Below are positions 12,100 through 26,344 of a stretch of 64,000 bases of DNA, piece by piece. Location of the stretch: positions 32,116,001 through 32,180,000 of the forward strand of contig OX597816.1 of assembly GCA_951406725.2 (NCBI GenBank), written 5' to 3'. A model generated the notes under the pieces. That model worked only from the letters and a program-made list of their open reading frames with translations. It did no database searches and was not told the DNA's origin. The position numbers were made by a program, and so were the translations under genes. This DNA comes from Octopus vulgaris (lineage: Eukaryota). Each line of letters opens with the position of its first letter. The stretch's first letter is position 1.

Positions 12100-13160
12100 A
12101 ACAACATGCTGAACACATCTGGATGTAGATGCAAATATTACAGCAAAGCAATCAATTACTTCGTATATATAGATGACCAAAAGTGTAGACTACGAAAGAT
12201 AAACAGCTCAAAACATTAGTACAGGCAGTACATGGATTTACCAAAGAAATAAACATGAAATTAAGCTAGTTAAAAGTACCAATATCGAACTAGATATAGC
12301 AAATAAAATAAGATAATTAGATCAAAACTAGACATACAAATGAGAAAATAAAAAAAAGACAATACTATAGACAAGTTAGATTAATACTTAAAACAGAGCT
12401 GAATGCGAAAAAAACAAGATAATAGATAACAACACTCTAGTCATCCCAGTTATAATTTACAGCTACAATATCCTTAATTGGGCACTAAATGGACTAATCA
12501 AAATAGACAGGAAAACAAGAAAAATAATGACAGTATTTAAGATGCACCACACAAAATCTGACATAGAAAGTCTATATTTACTACATATAGAAGGTAGTAG
12601 AGACCTTATACAGCTAGTAAACTGTTACAAAATAACCACCTTAGAACTATAAAAATAATTACTTCAGAAGCAAGTAAAACTAAAATATATAGCCACAAAA
12701 CATGAACAAAACAAAAAAATGTTTTCAGTCTATAATGAAGCTGAGAAATACAACAAAATTCAAACTACCTAACAACTATGAAGAAAAAGGAGAAACAACA
12801 AAAGCTGTCAAACCACTGGCACTCAATCTAAAAGAAAAAAAAACAAACTTCATGGTTTAAAGTAAACCCAAAAGAAATAGACATAGCAAAATCCCAATAA
12901 TGTCTGGAAAGCTCAGGACCCAATGCAGAGTCTGAAGGATTTTTAAGTACAACACAGTACGAAAGCCACCCCAACAGAATTTACAAAAAAAATATAAAGA
13001 AAAGTAAGAAATATATGCACAGATACGACAGAGCTGGGTCATATATACACTGAGAGCTATGTCAACACTATCGAATAGCTACAGAAAAAAGATTCTATAG
13101 GCATACGCCAGACAAGTTTACAGAGAATGAGAAAGCAACCATAATATGTTATAAGCCAAA
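12100..13160 (+). mobile_element. Decayed non-LTR retrotransposon fragment (R4/Dong-like)
   Basis: Broken-frame motifs YIDD, ELNAK, NTLVIPVIIYSYNIL, KIDRKTRKIMT, KMHHTKSDIESLY. Confidence 0.65.
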
Positions 13161-13189
13161 AGCATGTGATAACTATAAGAATACTTTTT

Positions 13190-13205
13190 TACTACTACTA
13201 CTAGT

Positions 13206-13298
<93 letters not shown>

Positions 13299-13299
13299 G

Positions 13300-13367
<68 letters not shown>

Positions 13368-13368
13368 T
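13190..13368. repeat. Compound (TAC)n(TAA)n microsatellite
   Basis: Direct reading. Confidence 0.97.
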
Positions 13369-13929
13369 ACCCTGATGCAATACCAGGAAGAATACCAGGT
13401 TCTTCGGGTTTATGAACTTAACTAATTAGAAGTGTTTTAATATACATATTCTGCTTAATACCACATATTTGCATGTCAATTTTTCACCTTAACTAGTTGA
13501 GCATGTCACTTCGTGGCTGACGATATGTGCATCTCTGAACACGAGCAGAATTACTGGGGAAGCATCATAGCCATGTGTTGAGAAGAATTCTTTGGGGTTT
13601 GGCTACTTCATATTTAGAAATATGGGTGTTACGCTAAACAGCATTAAATAACCCCTATTCAGGGACCGTTAGAGCGGGATTGGATATCCAACCTGAAAAC
13701 AAAATTCTGTGTTCCGCTAGCAAGGTCATGTGCAATTTATCTTGATATGAGATCACTCTGCCGCGTACATATTGTTATGATGCACGTGTGTGGTGTACAC
13801 TTATTAAACTAGTATACATAATGTGTGTACTGGGCTTCGTATATTTTAACCCAGTGCTACTTTGATTGCATACACTGCTCTCTTACTCAATTATAATGAT
13901 AATAATTAGTCGTCGGTAAGTGAAATATA

Positions 13930-14340
13930 TTCAGACATGTTAGAGTTGGGGCATATATACACTAGAAGCTATGCCTACACTATGGAATAACAACAGAAAA
14001 AAGATGGTATAACCACATCGAAGAAAGATTCACAGAAAATGAGAAAGTAACAATACTCTGCGATACGTACAGATAAAAAAATTAAGGCTAAAAAGCGGGA
14101 TATAGTTGTCAGAGATCACCAAGAAAAATGGTTTATATTCATTGTTTCAATACCAACATATGACAACGTATCTCTAAAAGAAACGGAGTAACTTTCAATG
14201 TAAAAAGATCTGTAAATAGGGATAACTTGAATGTGGACCCTAAAAACAGAACCAATTCCTTTAACAGTAGGCGCATTGCGTATGATAGAAAACATCATAC
14301 GCCACACAAATTACCTTGGACTAATAATTTCCATTCTTTG
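13930..14340 (+). mobile_element. Decayed R4/Dong-like LINE fragment (restriction-like endonuclease region)
   Basis: Motifs ENEKVTIL, KRDIVVRD, SIP.YDNVSLKETE, MWTLKTEPIPLTVGAL; partly repeats 13030-13140. Confidence 0.6.
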
Positions 14341-14595
14341 TTTGAAGACTATTGCTTTTCACGTAGTATAATGTACCTAACTTATATAGACATTTGTGTT
14401 CAAACCGTACTAATTGATAATACAGTACATGAATATCATTTATATTCAGCCGGTACCAAATGATATAACAATTTTTGAATAACGGAAAATGATTAACTTG
14501 CTTAGTAATAAAGCGTTAGTACACATTTACTTCTCTTACCATTAAGCATGTTTTTGTATGGCTTCAAAACATGTAAACTAAATACAAACAACCAT

Positions 14596-16830
14596 CGGTC
14601 TGGGCAGCAGCCATCTATGCTAGATCTGGTATTATCCCGCTATCCAAGATCAGTGTCAGACGTATCTGTGTGCGCCCCTCTTGCCAAGAGTGATCATGCG
14701 GTCCTGAAGTTCGTCATGCACACAACCTTTTCCACGCCCACGTTTACTTCGCTGCCACGTAGAGTCTTCTCTGCAATTAATCTTTAAATTCTAACCGAGG
14801 CTTCCGCGCTCCTGGACTGGCGTTCCCTGATGACGTTGTCCTCAGTTGACGAACTATGGTCATCCCTCAAAGCATATGTAATCTGTTTGACTGACCAGGC
14901 AGTTCCCGTTGGACTTCCCAAGAGGAAGAAACACAAGCCCTGGGTGACGAAGAAGGTTAAACGAGAACGTCGACTCAGAGATATTGCTTGGGCTGAATTC
15001 AAAAATCTGGATTCGACTGCAGCTTTTGAGGTGTACAAAACTCAACGAGACCGAGCCGTGAAAATTGAAATGAAAGAAAGCTTCAGTTATGAATACAAAA
15101 TCGCGGCAAATGCCAGTAGCAATCCAAAAACCTTCTTTGCCCATGTCCAGCGGAATTCCCGCTTGAACAACCAGATTGTAACATTGGTAGACTCAACAGG
15201 CGTATCGATTGAGGACCCTTATCAACAGAGTCAATTATTTGCCGAGGCTTTTTCAACTATTTTCAAACAAGATGATGGTCGTGAACCCCCTCCATTTGAT
15301 AGATCGGTACCTCCAATGCTTCGATTGATCATCACGCGGGACCAAGTCAAACGTGTTATTCAAGGCCTCGATGTCAACAAGGGTCACGGCCCTGACGGCA
15401 TACACCCACGGGTTATCAAAGCGTTGGCTCCGGTCATCTGCGAGCCCTTAACACCACTATTCAATATGTCATTGGCGACGGGTGTTATACCTGCAGACTG
15501 GAGAACAGCGATAATCTGCCCAATTTTCAAGAAAGGGAGCCGCGAAGACCCGCTTAACTACCGACCGGTTTCCCTTACATCAATAATCAGCAAGATGTTC
15601 GAAACCATCCTTAAGAAAAGTATGATGCTCCACCTCCTAAGCACAGCCTCGATCACTGATTCCCAACACGGCTTCGTGCCGAAGAGATCATGCTTGACCA
15701 ACTTACTAGTAATGGAAGAATTGGTGACGCGCATCCTCGATGATAGTGATGCTGTTGACATCGTTTTATTGGACTTTGCCAAAGCTTTTGACTCGGTAAA
15801 CCACCGCCTACTACTTGTCAAGCTTCAAGCATATAGTTTCCATCCGGATATTGTACGATGGGTTGGTGCCTTCCTCTCAGATCGCTCCTTCCAAGTTCAA
15901 GTTAATGGTTCGCGGTCCGACGTCTCCAGTGCGAGCAGTGGCGTGCCTCAAGGTTCAGTGCTTGGGCCCTTGTTGTTCTTAGTCTTCATAAATGACTTGC
16001 CCGACGACCTCACGCAACACACCCTTCTATTTGCCGACGATATCAAACTGGTCGCTCCTCGCGGTAGTATAGAGGATCTTCGTCGATGCCTCCACCAAAT
16101 TTGGAAGTGGTCTAACGATTGGGACCTGTGTCTGAACGTGTCAAAGTGCTGTCATCTGCCTGTCGGCTCTACTCCTGCAACTCAACTTGATTTCGAGCCG
16201 GGTCGTCTGCTGCTGGAGAGGACCGATCAGGTAAAGGACCTGGGTATCTTGGTGGATTCCTCCTTTTCGCCTTCGGCCCAGTGCGTCCATGCTGCCAACA
16301 AAGCGCGCGGAATTCTGTTTTTGATTCGACGGTCATTCGGAATGCTCACAGCAGCCATATTCCTGCCACTCTATGTCAAGCTGGTGAGACCCATATTGGA
16401 GTATGGGATTCAAGCCTCTTCTCCTTATCTCCTCAAAGACATACCGCACCTCGAAAGAGTCCAGAGGCTGGCTACCCGCATGGTTCATGGTCTCAAAAAT
16501 TTGTCCTAGGAAGAAAGGCTGAGGACGCTCGACCTTTATTCTCTTGAAAAACGCCGCCGCCGTGGTGATCTCATTCTCGCCCACAACATCATAAGCGGGA
16601 AGTGTAACCTCTCGAAAGAGCTGTTCTTCACTCCTGCTCCGGAGCGTCGGCTGCGGGGTCATTCCGAAAAGCTCTACCTGCGACGATTTCATCTCAATCG
16701 AAGGAGAGGAGCTTTCTCCGTCCGGGTTGCGGATCCGTGGAACAAGCTGCCAGATGAGATGGTGAAGATGCCGACGACCGCTTTGTTCAAAGCCTCCCTG
16801 GACCTCTAGTGTCCTGAACTCTTTACATGA
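14596..16830 (+). pseudogene. LINE ORF2 (end of APE endonuclease plus reverse transcriptase) with in-frame stops
   Basis: One frame: LDLV, KSDHAV, stop 14785, GPDGIHP, NYRPVSLTS, QHGF, DFAKAFDSV, GVPQGSVLGP, FADD, stop 16507, EERL..LDLYSLEKRR.RGDLI, WNKLP, stop 16807. Confidence 0.9.
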
Positions 16831-16894
16831 ACACCACTCTGTACTTAACTCCATGTCCCCCTACATGGCCTTGCTATTTGCTTTTGAGCCAAAT

Positions 16895-16923
<29 letters not shown>
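14596..16923 (+). mobile_element. 5'-truncated CR1-type LINE with (AACT)n tail and candidate TSD aaccat
   Basis: RT ORF; tail ~16896-16925; aaccat at 14590-14595 and 16924-16929; markedly more GC-rich than the flanks. Confidence 0.9.
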
Positions 16924-16926
<3 letters not shown>

Positions 16927-17310
16927 CATTGATTTATTGTCATTTTATATTGTATAAGATATAAATATTTATGAATATTCATAATTTATGCCATCTTATA
17001 TATAAATGGCGTTGGAACCAACGAAAATAAAATTATTACTCTAGGTCAAATACATTTAATCCTTAGATAGGCCAACTACCAAACCGTTCACTAGCTACTT
17101 CTGATCATATACGAAAATTATTATTGAGGAAGATGACTCATGCAGTCATACTAGTAACAATAATCACTGATACCTAAAACGGATTTCCCTCATAGCATCC
17201 GCTGTAAATTTAGAAATATATTTACACATCTCATCATGCATCACGATAAAACTTTAATATGCATAGTTATTCAATGCTACTACTGCATGTGATATGTATA
17301 TAAAAGTAGA

Positions 17311-18422
17311 CGGTAACTAATTGTAGTGGTAGAAATGAAACCATAAAACATTCGTGAAATATATTATTCTTAAAATAATTATATATATATTTGCGTATTG
17401 AGTTTTTCCAATTATCCTGTTGTTATCTTTTTGTTATCGTTTGTGTCTTATACATATTGTTTCCCCAAAAATGAATGTTTCTGAAAAATACGAATACATA
17501 TATAAGGGTATATCTCAACAAGTAAAAGATCGTTAGTTTACACATTACTCCCTTTTAAGAAGATACGTTCATATAACTATGAATTTGTGCTATATTTGGA
17601 CGAATATTATATCGCCAAGACCTCAAATGATTCCTTACAATGTTGAGGTAGATGATAACGATATGCTTCCTGAATAATGATAATCTATCAAATTTAAGAA
17701 GCTGTCAGTATTTAAGGATGAACCTAAGGGATTATGTTGTTCAAATGGTAAAAATAAATGTTTGAATGACCACCTGAAACTTTGAATACACCAATGCTCA
17801 GGAAAAATCTGCATTACGAATTCCCTTTATTTTAATTATCGAAAATTATAGCGAACCGTCTTCAATGACATCCTTTCGAGGTCATGAATCAATATATCTG
17901 GGCGGGATTCATGTTATTTTTCAAAATACAAAGTCAAATATACCATACAATAGGTTCATTGTAAAACACAGATGAAAGTATTCCTAAACAACCTCAAGTT
18001 TATTTTAATGATGATTTAATTAACCAAAGTATTATCTGAAATAGTGTATTCGCAGCAACGGTAACTAATTGTAGCGGTAGAAATGAAACCATAAAACATT
18101 CGTGAAATATATTCTTAAAATAATTATATATATATTTGCGTATTGGTTTTTTCCAATTATCCTGTTGTTATCTTCTTGTTATCTTTTGTGTCGTATACAT
18201 AATGTTTCCCCAAAAATGAATGTTTCTAAAAAATACCAATAAATATATAAGGATATATCTCAACAAGTAAAACATTGTTAGTTTATACATTACTCACTTT
18301 TAAGAAGATGATTTCATACAACTATGAATTTATGCTATGCTTGGGCGAATATTATATCACCAAGTCCTCAAAGAATTCCTTACAATGTTGAGGTAGATGA
18401 TAACGATATGCTTCCTGAATAA
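17311..18422 (+). repeat. Local duplication A-B-A' (A 17311-17677, A' 18059-18422)
   Basis: cggtaactaattgtag...gcttcctgaataa occurs twice with scattered substitutions. Confidence 0.9.
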
Positions 18423-18845
18423 ACACAAAGAACCTGATCGAAGAAGTTGTTATTCGGGAACTTGGAGATTGCATACCCTAAAAATAGTAACTACAGAAAA
18501 TGAAGAGATAGCGTAAGGAACTTGGTTTGGGGGTACGAGATCAAGCAGACAGGAAAGCCATGACACTGTTAGACGTAGAAAAAAATAGACAGAAAATAAT
18601 ATATCTTGTCATCAGTGTGTGAAATGTCTTGATACGTATGGGGAAGCCAAACAGCGGAAAAGTGCAGTTTAATTGATACCTTGGAGTTTATTTGAACATT
18701 GTTTAAGACGAATAATTTTAAAGCAGAAAATTTTCTTTATAAATTCCAAGACCAATTAGAGGTAAGAATAAATTTTCTAGGACAGCGAATTTCATGTAAT
18801 CATTACAATTTAATGTGACATACGTTACACGGATAAAAAAAGAGA

Positions 18846-18920
<75 letters not shown>

Positions 18921-19145
18921 GCTATACTAGGCATTTCATTCCAGTGTACATAATTCTATAGGAAAAAAATGTGTTTTGAATGAGCTAAAAATAAAATGGA
19001 ATCACATTCATATATAACTGTTGCTCTAAATGAGCAGGGGAGATTACCTTCTTATTAAACACGTTATAACTTATATCGGATTGGACTCAATATGATAGAG
19101 TCCGGTATAATTTATATTAAAACAATTTAGAAAAGTTCCGCTATA

Positions 19146-19547
19146 GGCGCAGGAGTGGCTGTGTGTTAAGTAGCTTGCTAACCAGCCACATGGTTCCGGG
19201 TTCAGACCTACTGCGTAGCATCTTGGGTAAGTGTCTTCTGCTATGGCCCCGGGCCGACCAATGCCTTGTGAGTGGATTTGGTAGACAGAAACTGAAAGAA
19301 GCCTGTCGTATATATGTATATATATATGTGTGTGTGTTTGTGCGTCTTTGTTTGTCCCCCTACCATTGCTTGACAATCGATGCTTGTGGTTTACGTCCCC
19401 GTCACTTAGCGGTTCGGCAAAAGAGACCGATAGAGTAAGTACTCGGCTTACAAAAAATAAGTCCCGGGGTCGATTTGCTCGACTAAAGGCGGTGCTCCAG
19501 CATGACCGCAGTCAAATGACTGAAACAAGTAAAAGAGTAAAAGAGTA
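19146..19547 (+). mobile_element. tRNA-derived SINE with internal TA/TG microsatellite and (aaagagta) tail
   Basis: ggcgcaggagtggctgtgtg...ggttccgggttcag head; shared body with 30504-30935 and 32157-32416. Confidence 0.85.
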
Positions 19548-20972
19548 TAGGATGATGGTAACAGAAACGGTCAGCGATCTTTAAACACAGATTAGTTAAG
19601 TGCGACGATGATTATGACGAAAATCATTCAATCCGTTTTTACTGACATTTAAGTTTTCATAGTCTAGTGAGTAAACATCCTATTTAGGCAGCAAAGCTTT
19701 AAGTCAGGCAAATTAGTCTTCTATTCCTTAAGGGGTGACGCAACTACTGAGATGTTGCTCATTGTTGAAGCTTACTATTTGTGTAACCCTTAAAAACAGA
19801 TAAGATCAGAAATAACTCAGCCAATACATTTCCATAATTTTGTATATCAGGAATTATGGTGGTGTGTATAACGGTTTGAAGTTATGTGTTTCTGTCTGTT
19901 TCTATCTACGAGTGTATGCGTTTGAATATCATTACGTAATGGTCTATTAATAATGATGGTGCAATGCGAGTGTATCTGTGTTTCATGATCATAAAAATGT
20001 TTTCATAGAGTTTATATTAATCAAATTTGGTTAGCCAGAAGGGATATCGAATTGCATCGAACAAAATACTTTCGGACAAAATACATTCTCATTTAACTTC
20101 AGCCTCATAGAATTCCTTCTGATGAATCGGTCAAACCTCCTCTCCTATAAATTGTAATTTACAATATTCCGAGTCCAAAGTACCTATGGTCACATTTGAT
20201 ATTAATTTCAAAAATAACCTCGAAATCTTCTCACATCTGATATTTCTAGCGTTTGGTAACAAACGTCAAGACTAACACGCTATGAATTCTATCAAACCAC
20301 ACATTAATGAATTTGTTTTATAATCTCCGACGTTTCCTAATTGTCACTTCACATACCAGCATTAACTAAAAAAAACAAATGCTTCATATGTCAGTGATTA
20401 ATGAAATAAAATACTATTAGCCACATATTTTTCAACTTGCAACTATGAAATCATAAGTAAATGGTTGAAATTTTGTCACACTGGAAACAGATACGAGCAA
20501 TGTCATTCCGTCGACTGCAGATTTCAGTTGGTACAAATTTCGTCGACACCATGAGTATGAAATGCAAAGTTGACGTCGCTGGAATGAAAGACGAAGAAGA
20601 TAAAGACAGACGAAATGTGCTAAGTATTTTCCCCGCCTTGCTAACACATATTCCATCTCATCCCCTAAGGCAAATGATATGATTGATTTTCAATTGTAGC
20701 TCGAGGCCAGCAGTCCTACTTTTGATGCGTCGATTATATCTTCTTTAGTGCTCAGCTGCTTCGTATTTCATCGACCACCATCCGCAAAGTCATCACCTTA
20801 TTCATATTAGCATATAAACCTTAATATTGGTAAAATGTCAGTAGAACCTCTTTTAATGACATAGCATGTGTGTTCATATGAAGCAGTTTATACACTAAGA
20901 AAATAGTTACATATGAATTTTTCAAATGTAATTCGTGCAGATTTAAAATCGGATGTTTTGTGTGCGTCTGTG

Positions 20973-21007
<35 letters not shown>

Positions 21008-21114
21008 TATGCAACCAATAATTTTAACAACAGTAATATAAGTGTAATTAATACTGGTACAAGGAAACGTTTAAATACCTTAGCAAGAAATCGCCAAAAA
21101 ATAAAAGGAATCAA

Positions 21115-21660
21115 ATGAGTGAAAATGAGAGCGAAATTCAGAGATCAAGAAATCGAGAGTACCAAAGACGGAGACGGAAAAGGACTGTCTATTCAAAGAA
21201 GGAATGAAATTAGAGCAGAACACAGATTGGGTCTCCAAATGTCGAAAGGAAATTCGACACTAGAAAGTATAAGAGATGAAATTAGAATGTCGTACATTAT
21301 GGCAAGAAATGCTCAGCCTATGTAGGAGCAAGAATCAACACAAAATTGAATAATGCAACTAAAAGCTTAAACTACAACAATAATATAAATGTAATAAATA
21401 GCGATACAAGATACATTTTAAATGCCAAAATATGAAAAGACCAAAAAAAAAGAGAAAAAAAAATGAAATTAGTGAAAATGAGAGAGAAATTCAGAGAGCA
21501 TGAAATCCAGATTATCAAAGACAGAGACGGAAAAAGACTCTCATTTCAAAGAAATTCGTCCATCAATTTTTGAGAGAAAATTCGTCACAAGAAATAAGAA
21601 GGGATATTAAAATTTCGCGCTTTGTTCCAAGAAATTCTCAGACTATGGGGCAAAGATCAA
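21115..21660 (+). repeat. Diverged direct repeat (~21115-21330 and ~21470-21650)
   Basis: gtgaaaatgagagNgaaattcagaga...agacggaaaa...tcaaagaa repeated. Confidence 0.7.
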
Positions 21661-21732
21661 TATATGCTGAACTATGTATTTCTTTTAACTCATTTACAAA
21701 TGAAGGATTTGAATAAGATCCAATTACAAATT

Positions 21733-22115
21733 ATGATAATCTATCAAATTTAAGAAGCTGTCAGGATTTAAGGATGAACCTAAGGGATTATTTTGTTTAA
21801 ATGGTAAAATTAAATGTTTGAATGACCACCTGAAACTTTGAATACACCAATGCTCAGGAAAAATCTGCATTACGAATTCCCTTTATTTTAATTATCGAAC
21901 ATTATAGCGAACCGTCTTCAATGACATCCATTGGAGGTGATGAATCAATATCTCTGGGCGGGATTCATGTTATTGTTCAAAATACAAAGTCAAATATACC
22001 ATACAATAAGTTCATTGTATAACACAGATGAAAATATTCCTAAATATCCTCAAGTTTATCTTAATGATGTTTTAAAGAACCAAAGTATTATCAGAAATAG
22101 TGGATTTCATGCAAC
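21733..22115 (+). repeat. Dispersed copy B' of 17677-18058
   Basis: atgataatctatcaaatttaagaagctgtcag...ccaaagtattatc shared. Confidence 0.9.
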
Positions 22116-23791
22116 AATGTTACACACCACAAGAGATATTCAAGAGATCTTGGAGAAAATAATGAACTTACTAGAAACATTAGAACCATGGCATGCTGGC
22201 TTACCAAACCAAATCTTAAATACTCAATTTGTGTAGAAAGAGATGAGCTGGGGAGCAAGAACGAAGATACAATGACCGGATATCTTACGATGTGCGATTA
22301 GCAATGGTTGGAACATAAGTTCCACAAAGAAACAATTTTTACCTATAAAGATAATACTGTAAAGAAAAAAACAATGGATTGCATAGCTCCTATGATCTAT
22401 TGCAACATCCTTTGATTCATTGGATAGAAAATATAAGTTACATCAATATATGACCGTTCATTTTAGCTGTATATATAATATAATATATATAGTATTATCA
22501 CTTACGTTTCGACCTTCGTTCTTAAAACAAAGTATACTGACGATTTTTTTGATAGTATGTACGTATTGCAAATACATCCCCAGATAGTATAGGGCTTTTA
22601 AAATTATTGTTTTTTTTACTTTTTAAGTAATAAATTTATAACACAATAATGAAATGGTAGACTCGCATATGAGACAGCATGTATACACCGTTGTAGAATC
22701 AAACAATGAATTCTCTAGAGGTATGCCAGAACAAAGTATGTTGATTTCACTTGCCATCATCCTATTAAAGTTTTTTTTTTCGGAGTAAAACGTGCAATAT
22801 GGAAGACATTATCAGAGATTCAGGAAAACATGTCAAATATATGAGTTGTATGATATGTTGTTTGTAACGCTGATACCAATTATTTATGGTAGTATATCGT
22901 ATATTGTATATATTAGTACTAATTATCCCTGTAAATAAGTTGAATCTCACAAGGCATTTGCTCGAGTTAGTTATTAATCAGTTTGTCATGCCGCTCAGAA
23001 CTGAGCTTTGGAAGAACAAACGACGATGCGTAAATTGCTTGCTAAGACAATTCTAGTTGCCGTGAATCTAGGTGATTATTGTTGCAAGTTTTATTGCATA
23101 AAGGCAGCATATTGAAACATATGCACGAATATGTTCATTAGATCAATGGACATATTCCTTCATATTTAAAAGACCGCAACCCCATACCATGTAGAAGTGA
23201 AGATGGAGTCGGATACAATTCATTCACCTAAAGTCATATCCTTTGAAAAGAAACAAATCATCAGTTGTATATGGATATCTTGATTATGGAAGATCTATGC
23301 ATTTATACAGATTGTCATAGAAATGAAAAGAATGATAACATGGTGAAATGAAATTTGTTGAATACATAACCCAGGTGATTATGTACATTAAATATGTGCT
23401 AAAGACTACAAAGCAAAACATTCCCTTTCATACGCACAAGGATCACCTTGTATAATTAAGGAGCAATTAAGTTTGAATAAATCGCATGGTCTGGAAGATC
23501 AAACAAATCCCTCATTGAGTAATTTCCACTCAGATAACTCTTGACATTACGCTGACATTCCTTGCCCATGTTTTATATTCATATTTACTGCCTAAATAAA
23601 ATTTCTATAACGGATCCTTTCCTTTAACATTATATCAATATTATTCCAAAGGAACGGAAGAATTAAGATATTCAGAGAATCTTGCATTCTAATTTGTTAT
23701 AAGCAGCAAATTCTCATAACCACAGTTGTGATAGAAACTACTGTACGAAAATTAGTAAATTGTACAGATAATTATGTATCACGTATACCTG

Positions 23792-23838
<47 letters not shown>

Positions 23839-23840
<2 letters not shown>

Positions 23841-23963
23841 CGCAACCGTGACTGTGTAGTAAGAAGTTTGCTTCGCAGACACGTAGTTTCGAGTTCAATA
23901 CTACTGTGTAGCACCTTGTGCAAGTCTCCTAGATCAGGTAGGCGGATACTGAAAGCAGCTCGT

Positions 23964-23968
<5 letters not shown>
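23839..23968 (+). mobile_element. Internally deleted SINE (family of 19146) between TA tracts
   Basis: ggcgcaaccgtgactgtgtagtaagaagtttgctt...gcaccttgtgcaagt...ctgaaagcagctcgtcg. Confidence 0.7.
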
Positions 23969-24015
<47 letters not shown>

Positions 24016-25788
24016 GGATGGAAAATTAAAAAGACGGAAAATAAAAGGTACCCCACTTGCCCCCCCAAAATTACCCAACAAAGTCAACTAAAAACCTGCA
24101 TCCAGAACAAACACACACAACACACAATTATCCTTTTCAGCTGCCCTCAGCAAAGAACCCAGCAAAAACAAAGACAGCCAAAAATCCCCGCGTTCACACC
24201 ATACACACACAAAACACAGATATCATACTCTTTTTTCTCAAACAAAATCACATATGATCCATTTACACAAGACATGTCACCGCCAGTAACAAGGGGGGAA
24301 ATAAACTACCCTAGCTAAGGATACATACAGACATTCACGAGTTACCCCATAATTAGCTCCTCCACACCTGAACTCTAACGAAATGAATAGACAATGCAAT
24401 GTTCTTTTTCATCAGTTGTATGCGTTATTTAGTCATATGGTAAGTCATCCCATTTGGTCTGGCCTGTACTGTGAGAGTGTATGCCTTGATGTATGTGTGA
24501 GATGATTGAATTGAGTACCAGTGATCTTAAGAGAAGATCGAACGACTATTCGATATTCATTTTACCTCAAGTTTTACATATTATCTAATCATATGTTGCT
24601 CCAACCCATTTTGTCTGTCCTGATTTGTGAATGAATAGTGTATGCCTTGTTACATACTAAGTGAGATGACTTGAACGTAAGTAGAAATGAAAACAAAAAA
24701 AAGAAAGATAAATTGTGATTGCAATTCATATAGTATTTATCATTTGGTAAAATCTGGTCGTACATAAAGCACTGTTTGTCCTGTTCTTGTAGCCCTTTGC
24801 TGTTATTTACTCTATGAAATTTTATCATGTAACTCCATATTAAAAAAGACAAAAATCATTCAAATTATAATTAATTACAACTATAAAAAAAAACATTCAA
24901 ATTGTAAGTGAAGTTTAGAAGAACGCTGTCTTGGTGTCTATAATAAATATATACATATATATATATATGCGTGAGAGAATGTGTTTGTGTGTGTAAGCTT
25001 ATGCCTGTACGCATCGTGTGCATTCATGTGTACATAAATGCTTCCATTTTTTTCTGCATAAAGAGAGAGCCATGTTGCTCGGCATGTTGTAAGGCAGTCT
25101 TCAACGAGGTGTCTTTTATATGACTTAAAGCATTTTTCTTTAGGAAAGTTTTCTATAATCCAAAACGCATCTTACACAGAATTCTTTTTTATTTTTCTAT
25201 TTTCTAAATTTTTAGCACAGGTGAAGTTTATGGCGCCATCTCAGTCCTTAATATCTCTTCATGTTTAATGTCAAACATTGTCTTCTCATATATATTGATG
25301 AAACTGCAGCGACTACGGTGCATAATTATGTAGTTGCTGCAATTGTTATATAAGCCGTAGAAAATATTTAATAAAAAAGTTGGATGTGAATAAATCTCCC
25401 CTCTCCTCTTCGTTTTCAATTGTATATATATATATACATATTGGATTCATGTCGATGAGTGTGATCGTATATGGGGGATGTGAGTAAAGGAGCTTAGAGA
25501 CAGAATAAGGAAAGATAAAATAGAAGATAGTCAAATAAAACGTGAGTTAATGAAAAGAATAAAGAAAATCTAGAAGATTGTTGTGAGTAAATGAAATACG
25601 TGATCTTAACAGTAGAATTGCTGATTTAGAAGTTTTTCAGTAACATATACTTTAGTAAATGTAAGGCAAATGAACTTCGTTTAAATGAATATACACCACA
25701 GTATGAATCCTTATCACGGAGAAGAGATCTAAGAGAGTATAAATGCAATTTCTTTAATTTAAATATTCATTAATTTGTTCTCTGTATT

Positions 25789-25980
25789 AAGGAGGTGAGC
25801 TGGGAGAATATTTACCACGCCGAGCAAAATGCTGAGTGACATTTCGGCAGTCTTTTACACTGAATTCGAATTTGCTTAGATTATTTCGTGTTTGATAAAA
25901 TTAGAGCCTGTGGGGTATTGGGGTCGATTTATTCGACTTAACCCTGTTGCTGGCATTGTACCAACATTTAAAACAAATAT
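25789..25980 (+). mobile_element. Degenerate SINE (family of 7838)
   Basis: aaggaggtgagctgggagaat...acgccgagcaaaatgctgag...ggggtcgatttattcgact. Confidence 0.6.
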
Positions 25981-26344
25981 TATCCACTATAATTTTTTAC
26001 AGTGTATATATTAGAGCAGGTATAAAAGTGTTAGTGATTACAGATAGAAAGGACAGAATCATTGTTACAGTGTGCACAAAATGTCAGTATCATATAAATT
26101 ACATGTCTACCGCACTTGCCTATTATGTATATTCCGGCAAACGATTATATTGAAAAAGTTTTCAGTAAACCCGTGTGCATAGGACTAAACATTCCCCAAA
26201 TATCAACATGTCAGACGAAGCGGAGATCATATGTTGTAACTATATACACATTTATACACACATTGGCGTGTGTATGGAATTTCTAGGCGTATAATCCTAC
26301 GTATATGTTTATTTGTAGTTTGGGGGCGTCATAATAACAATCTA

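Noticed and set aside
13370-13890. Probable interspersed repeat between TAA tracts
   Set aside because: Single copy in the window with no diagnostic motif, so it cannot be classified from this sequence
16333-16854. 173-aa minus-strand ORF and other antisense ORFs over the LINE and PLEs
   Set aside because: Shadow ORFs of GC-rich retroelement coding sequence
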